From Penicillus capitatus (Eukaryota > Plantae > Chlorophyta), in the NCBI GenBank assembly GCA_965649825.1, contig OZ287713.1, positions 239,487-303,486 of the forward strand: DNA of 64,000 bases, read 5' to 3'. Positions 59,160-64,000 of this stretch are shown here, in pieces. The stretch's first letter is position 1; every line of letters begins with the position of its first letter. The notes beneath the pieces are model-generated. The model saw only the letters and a program-made list of their open reading frames with translations. It was not told the DNA's origin and did not search any database. The position numbers were made by a program, and so were the translations under genes.

Positions 59160-61088
59160 TTACATGGTGGGTTGTGTGCCATGGATCCAGTCATAGTAGT
59201 AGTTCAGTAGACAGATGGGCTGACCCAACACACAGAAGGACACCCAGAAAATGATGTTGCCCCAACGATCGCCGATTCTCCTCTGGAGAAACTGTGAGAA
59301 GAAAATGAGGGGGACTTGAACAAGCATCCCCACAAACGACCACGGAAAGCTGCTGGAGAACTTGAGGGGCACAATCACCACTACCTCGTGCATCAGTGCC
59401 GAGACAAAGAACACCAGCAGCATTGCAGCGGATCGTTGAAGGCCTACATTGCTCGCTCACGAGTGATGCATATAGGAAGGGAATGTCTAACCTAAATGAA
59501 TAGCCGGGTAATAGATCGTGCGCAGCATCCATTTGTGCACCGGGGTGTTCCACGTCCGCCAATAGTCTCCCAGATTCAACGCATTCCACCAGTCTTGATA
59601 AAACTCCCGATCTCCAAATTTCAGCGCCTCTGCCAGGATGTTGAGCCAGAGATGGAAAAAGATGTAGAACATGATGAGCCAAGCGTAGAGGACAGGAAGA
59701 GAGAGCTTCAAAACCCTTTCGGCCAATGGCACAAACTGTCGATTTTTCAGGGGTATCATCGAATTCTCGACAGCTGGAACAATGTACTGATCGATGATAG
59801 CCATCTGCAACGCCAGAGCCAGAACAAACTCACCACAGCGTCGAAGTAGCCATTTTCCACGAATCCTATCTGTCTGAGGGTACGACGGTTGATAGGTCAA
59901 TGTCGGAGCAAACATGAAGTAACAGAGGCGGCCAGGAGTGATGCTGTTCAGATATGCCGATCCAGTATCGCCGTTTTCTATCCACATGCGTCTGAGATCT
60001 GCATTGCAGTGGGCGTACGAGATAAGCTTCATGCAGATGATCGTCGTCACAAACGTCAGAACGAAAGACGGCAGGACAGCATCGACAGAAATGTACACCA
60101 GCCACAGCGGCAGCACAAATGCCAACAGGACATTTCCCACGTGCAGACCACAGAGCAGCCGCTCCTGCATAAAAGGCCGCACCATGGCATCTGTCTTCTT
60201 CATTTTTGCCACATGTCGCTGTACAGCTCGTATACCCAGGCATTCGATGAGGTACGCCTGAATGGTACAGAAGAAGAGAACGGGCCAGCACAGCATGAGT
60301 GGCTGGGATGATCCCCAGAGCAAACGTTCAAACCACTGAAGCGGATGCACCCTCAGTCCATACTTGAAGACATTCTCGAGAACGAGACGAAAATTGGCAG
60401 CAAAGAGAATGACGACGCCGAGATTCAGCAATCCAGGATGGGGGTGTTGGAAGAGCCGCTCGGAAGAGAGAATACTGGAGCGGTTCTGCAGATGGACGGC
60501 CGTGGATCCGACCATGGGACGACGGACATCTTTCTTTGCTTGAGAGGATGGTGTTTCGACGACGTCTGGCCACTCGGCAGCAGGTTTCGCTGATGTGACG
60601 TCTGGTGCTGGTCTCAACTCCAATGGCATCGACTTCATCCGTGGAAGCTCCCGCGGTGCTCTGCCCATTGCTCCCGCCGCTTCGAATGCGGTGATCCATC
60701 TCTGCGCCATGGACCGATCGCTGCTGCTCAGTCGCAGCACGACGCATCCCGATGTGTCTTTGAGGCCAAAAATCCAGAACCTCTTTCGCTTCATGCCTTC
60801 CCAGTGCAGCGCATATCCTTGCACAGGAATCTCGCTCTCCGGGATCAGGTTCATCGTCTGTTCAGAGGCGAAGCATTTGAGACAGGAATCGACCAGAGAG
60901 AAATAACATCGGACCCAGGAACTGCCGAACAGTCCCATCGCATCGGACCTGTACTTGAACAGATAGCCCTCCATTCGAACGCGTTTGGCATGGAGGGCGA
61001 ATAACTGCTCGCGAAGATGTTCATTGACGGCATGGACTTCACGCAGCTGCTCTTTCAGAGACGCGACGTCTTCTTCGCGATTCGCCAT
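59160..61088 (-). CDS. DGAT1: Diacylglycerol O-acyltransferase 1 (MBOAT) with N-terminal PH domain
   Basis: PH domain (MEGYLFKY...SWVRCYFSL...WITAF), MKLISYAH, APTLTYQPSYP, ERVLKLS, FGDREFYQDWWN, PVHKW and SALMHE. One 48-nt intron at 59444-59491. Confidence 0.92.
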
Positions 61089-61349
61089 CGGTCGCGAACG
61101 TAATGACAGAGACGCGTTTCAATTACTAGACGAACAAACACACACATCTACGGAGTGAACGAACAAACGAACAATGCTAACGTCCTCTTCATTAGAAAAT
61201 AATCGTCGTTCGCCAACCAAGGCATAAAAGAAGAGATGTTGTGGTGTCACATCACAAACATCCTATTTTTGCGCGCTACCCGGTCTCTGAAGCAAAGGAA
61301 TGGAAGAATACAATTCTTCGTGAGATGATACGCTAGATGTCCTGCCAAC

Positions 61350-62826
61350 CTAGATCACAGACAAGGCCCTCACGTAGGGCTCTACTACAGACAGGCCACT
61401 TGCATTTCGAAATGAGGGTCTGGAGTGCAGAGTGGTGGGAGTGAAATTCGTCAAGAGTTTCTTAACGTGCGGCGGCAAACGACTGGCCATGATGGACGCG
61501 TTGACACGATCGGTCTGGAGATTATCGACAAACTGATCGGTCTCGTCTACGATCTCTCCCTGGAGGAGTTCCTCGATAAGATCTTCGATCGTCACGATGC
61601 CGACCGGTTCCATACGCGATGCCTGTTCGATGGCGTTCCAGTCTGCGTGTGGGTCACCACGTGATAAAGGTGTCTTGGTCAGAATGGCCATATGACTGCG
61701 ACCCGTTTTGAAGAGATTGAGGACATCGTACATCGGTTGACTGGCAGGCAGATAGGCAACGCTTCGCATTTTCATATCCTTCACACACATCATGGCATCG
61801 GCATCGATCGTGATGAGCTCCTTGACAAGAATGAGTCCCAGGATCGATTTTCTGTCCTGTCCAGCGTGCACCGGAATGCGACTGTGTCCTGTCTGGACAA
61901 TACGTTGAATCGTTGGATGATCTAAGACATCGTCTTCTGACAACATAAAGACTTTATCCAGAGGCGTCATGGCCTTCTCGACTTTCTTCGTTTGCATATC
62001 CAGTGCGCCGAGAATCACATTGACCTCGTCTTCCGACAATCCGCCGCCCAGTCCCTCCAGTCCAGAATGCAGCGTGACGAAAGCTTTCAATTCAGGTCGT
62101 TTGAAGATTGCCTAGTACAGTGCGAGGCGAAAGTGAGAGTGAGGAGAGTAGGATTAAGGTACAGTATGGTTTGGACCGATTGCCCAATCGAGGACTTTGC
62201 TGATGGGCCAGCTGATAGGGAACGTTATGCGTCGGAGGAACATCACAAAGGAAGCCGAGTATGCTCCAATCGTCAATCCGTAGCGACAACACAGTGCCTG
62301 TGGCACAATCTCCCCTACATCACACTTTTCTCGCTGCTTAGTAGCTCGGCTAGATGTGACATACCAAAGACGAGCACCACCGTCACAGACAACACAATGG
62401 CTGTCACTTCATGTACCAAACGATCTAGGAATATCGGTAGCGCCTGGAGACAGCGCATCAGACAAATGTGTAATCTCGTTTGCGATGGGACCTCGACGGC
62501 GAAGGCGTTGCAGAGCAAAAGTGTAACCAATGTGTAATGCGGGTTCTCGACGACCTATCAAACCCAGCAGCTTCCACTGCGTTATCATCACGCCGTTGGT
62601 CTTACGGGTAATATCTTTTTGGCGAATGCGGCTTGGCGTTGCGTACCACTGCGTTCGAGCACCTATGTCGAGACAGACACGAGCATCATGGTTTGTTCCG
62701 CAGCGGCCTCGCGACCTTCAAGTCCATGACGTCTTGCGACATGAGTCCCAAGGTTAGTCCACTCATCAACCCGGCGAAAATGACAAGGAAGGCCACGAAG
62801 ATAGAATACAGAAGCTCGACTCCCAT
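61350..62826 (-). CDS. CNNM/DUF21 plus CBS-pair membrane protein (metal transporter family), multi-exon
   Basis: FAGLMSGLTLGLMS, LLVTLLLCNA, ALPIFLD, GALDM..K...AMTP, GHSRIPV, GRSHMA and GIVTIEDLIEELLQGEIVDETD. ATG at 62826. Confidence 0.87.
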
Positions 62827-62898
62827 TTTCGCAAAGCACTGTCACATCAAGGAACAAAACGCCTCATCCGACGGCATCCGCTGTCATTATCCATCACC

Positions 62899-63534
62899 AT
62901 GTCGAGTTTCGTCGCGCGTCGTCTGCTCTGCGCCTTCATTTCGTCACCCGTCCGCGCCGCGGCCGTCGGGTCGGGGCAGCGTTGGATGGCGACTCAAGCG
63001 GCGGACAGCGCCACGGGCGGCACGACGGAAGCAGGTTGGGGTCAAACGCTTATCGCCGACGTCCTGCGTCTCAAGGCTGACGAAGGCAAATGGCTCTTCT
63101 GTGCCAAAGACGACACGGTTTTCGACGCCATTATGAAAATGGCCAAAGCAAACGTCGGCTCTCTTCTCGTATTCGACGCGAGCAAGCTGCAGAAAACGAG
63201 CGACCAGACCATAGCCGCGTCCACCGATGCCGTGTGCGGCATCATTACGGAACGTGATTACTTGACCAAGGTGGCATGCGAGGGACGTGCCTCGAAGGAC
63301 ACCCGTGTCGAAGAAATCATGACGGCTGGGTCAAAGCTCATTACAGTGACGCCGAAGCAGACCGTCGTCGAGACGATGGAGCTCATGGCGGATAACAATG
63401 TTCGTCACGTTCCTGTCGTGGAAAAGCATTCGATGATGGGAATGGTCTCGATTCGGGATATGGTGAAAGTGATGGTTAGCGAACATCGCAATGAAATGGC
63501 AAACATGCAGCGCTATGTCCAAGGCATGTACTAG
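62899..63534 (+). CDS. CBSX3: CBS-pair protein, CBSX3-like (probably mitochondrial), single exon
   Basis: Arg/Ala/Ser-rich presequence, then DDTVFDAI..M...NVGSLLV, GIITERDYL, IMT, VTP, NVRHVPVV and GMVSIRD. Confidence 0.85.
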   Translation: MSSFVARRLLCAFISSPVRAAAVGSGQRWMATQAADSATGGTTEAGWGQTLIADVLRLKADEGKWLFCAKDDTVFDAIMKMAKANVGSLLVFDASKLQKTSDQTIAASTDAVCGIITERDYLTKVACEGRASKDTRVEEIMTAGSKLITVTPKQTVVETMELMADNNVRHVPVVEKHSMMGMVSIRDMVKVMVSEHRNEMANMQRYVQGMY

Positions 63535-64000
63535 TGGCCTCCTCTCTTACTCTCTCATTTTAACATAGCCACCAAACAACGACCAACGAACATAACTGCT
63601 TCGTGCGTTGTTTTCTGAATTTTAAGGATGACGAAGATGCCACGGTGCATCTTTTGGAAGAGGATGGTGGGTTTTGTGGTTTTCTAAAGGAATGTTTGCG
63701 TCCGTTCGATGAACTGGACCGGTTGCATGAATTTTGGACAGATCTTTTCGCATGGTATCTTGCTCAGAGGGAACGAAGCAGAGGCCTTTGTTCTGTAACA
63801 GTGACAAACTTAGAGTGTTACACCGAAGTTGTCGTTTTAACAAGAATCTCTCTGTGGTGTCTGCATTATTATGAAAGGCGATGTCTCTTCTTTCGATATC
63901 GGCGGCGCGACATGAACGGATACTGTTTGGAACGCAGATGGTCGATCTTCTCTTCTTCTTCCTGAAAAATGGACGGCGTGTGCGAGCGAGTGCTGTGTGG

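Noticed and set aside
63603-63965. 120-aa ORF at the window end
   Set aside because: It starts with GTG right after the CBSX3 3' region and has no recognisable motif; there is not enough support.

Overview
Gene-dense nuclear DNA of a photosynthetic eukaryote, most likely a flagellate-stage green alga. Support: plastid-targeted CURT1 and FtsHi3, PH-domain DGAT1, IFT140-like and Sfi1-like genes, standard genetic code, and very short (about 38-60 nt) spliceosomal introns. The flanks carry housekeeping genes: DDX42-like helicase, CURT1, dienelactone hydrolase, PP2C, FtsHi3, a CAMK/SnRK2-like kinase, an F-box/LRR protein, DGAT1, a CNNM/DUF21 protein and CBSX3. The centre (25.7-52.6 kb) is one giant, intron-poor gene. 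My splice model gives about 8,300 aa: six tandem midasin-type AAA+ modules, a long helical linker, tandem ASH/Ig-like domains and three C-terminal vWA domains, which is not the canonical midasin architecture. A 1,633-bp ORF1-only LINE-like element with a perfect 15-bp target-site duplication sits inside that gene, probably in a former 60-nt intron. A decayed relative of the element lies just downstream, bracketed by old direct repeats. Other oddities: an APAF-1-like WD40 protein with no NTPase domain, an IFT140-like gene reduced to its TPR half, and an acyl-CoA-binding-protein pseudogene abutting it. All family assignments come from motif recognition by eye; no database search was run.
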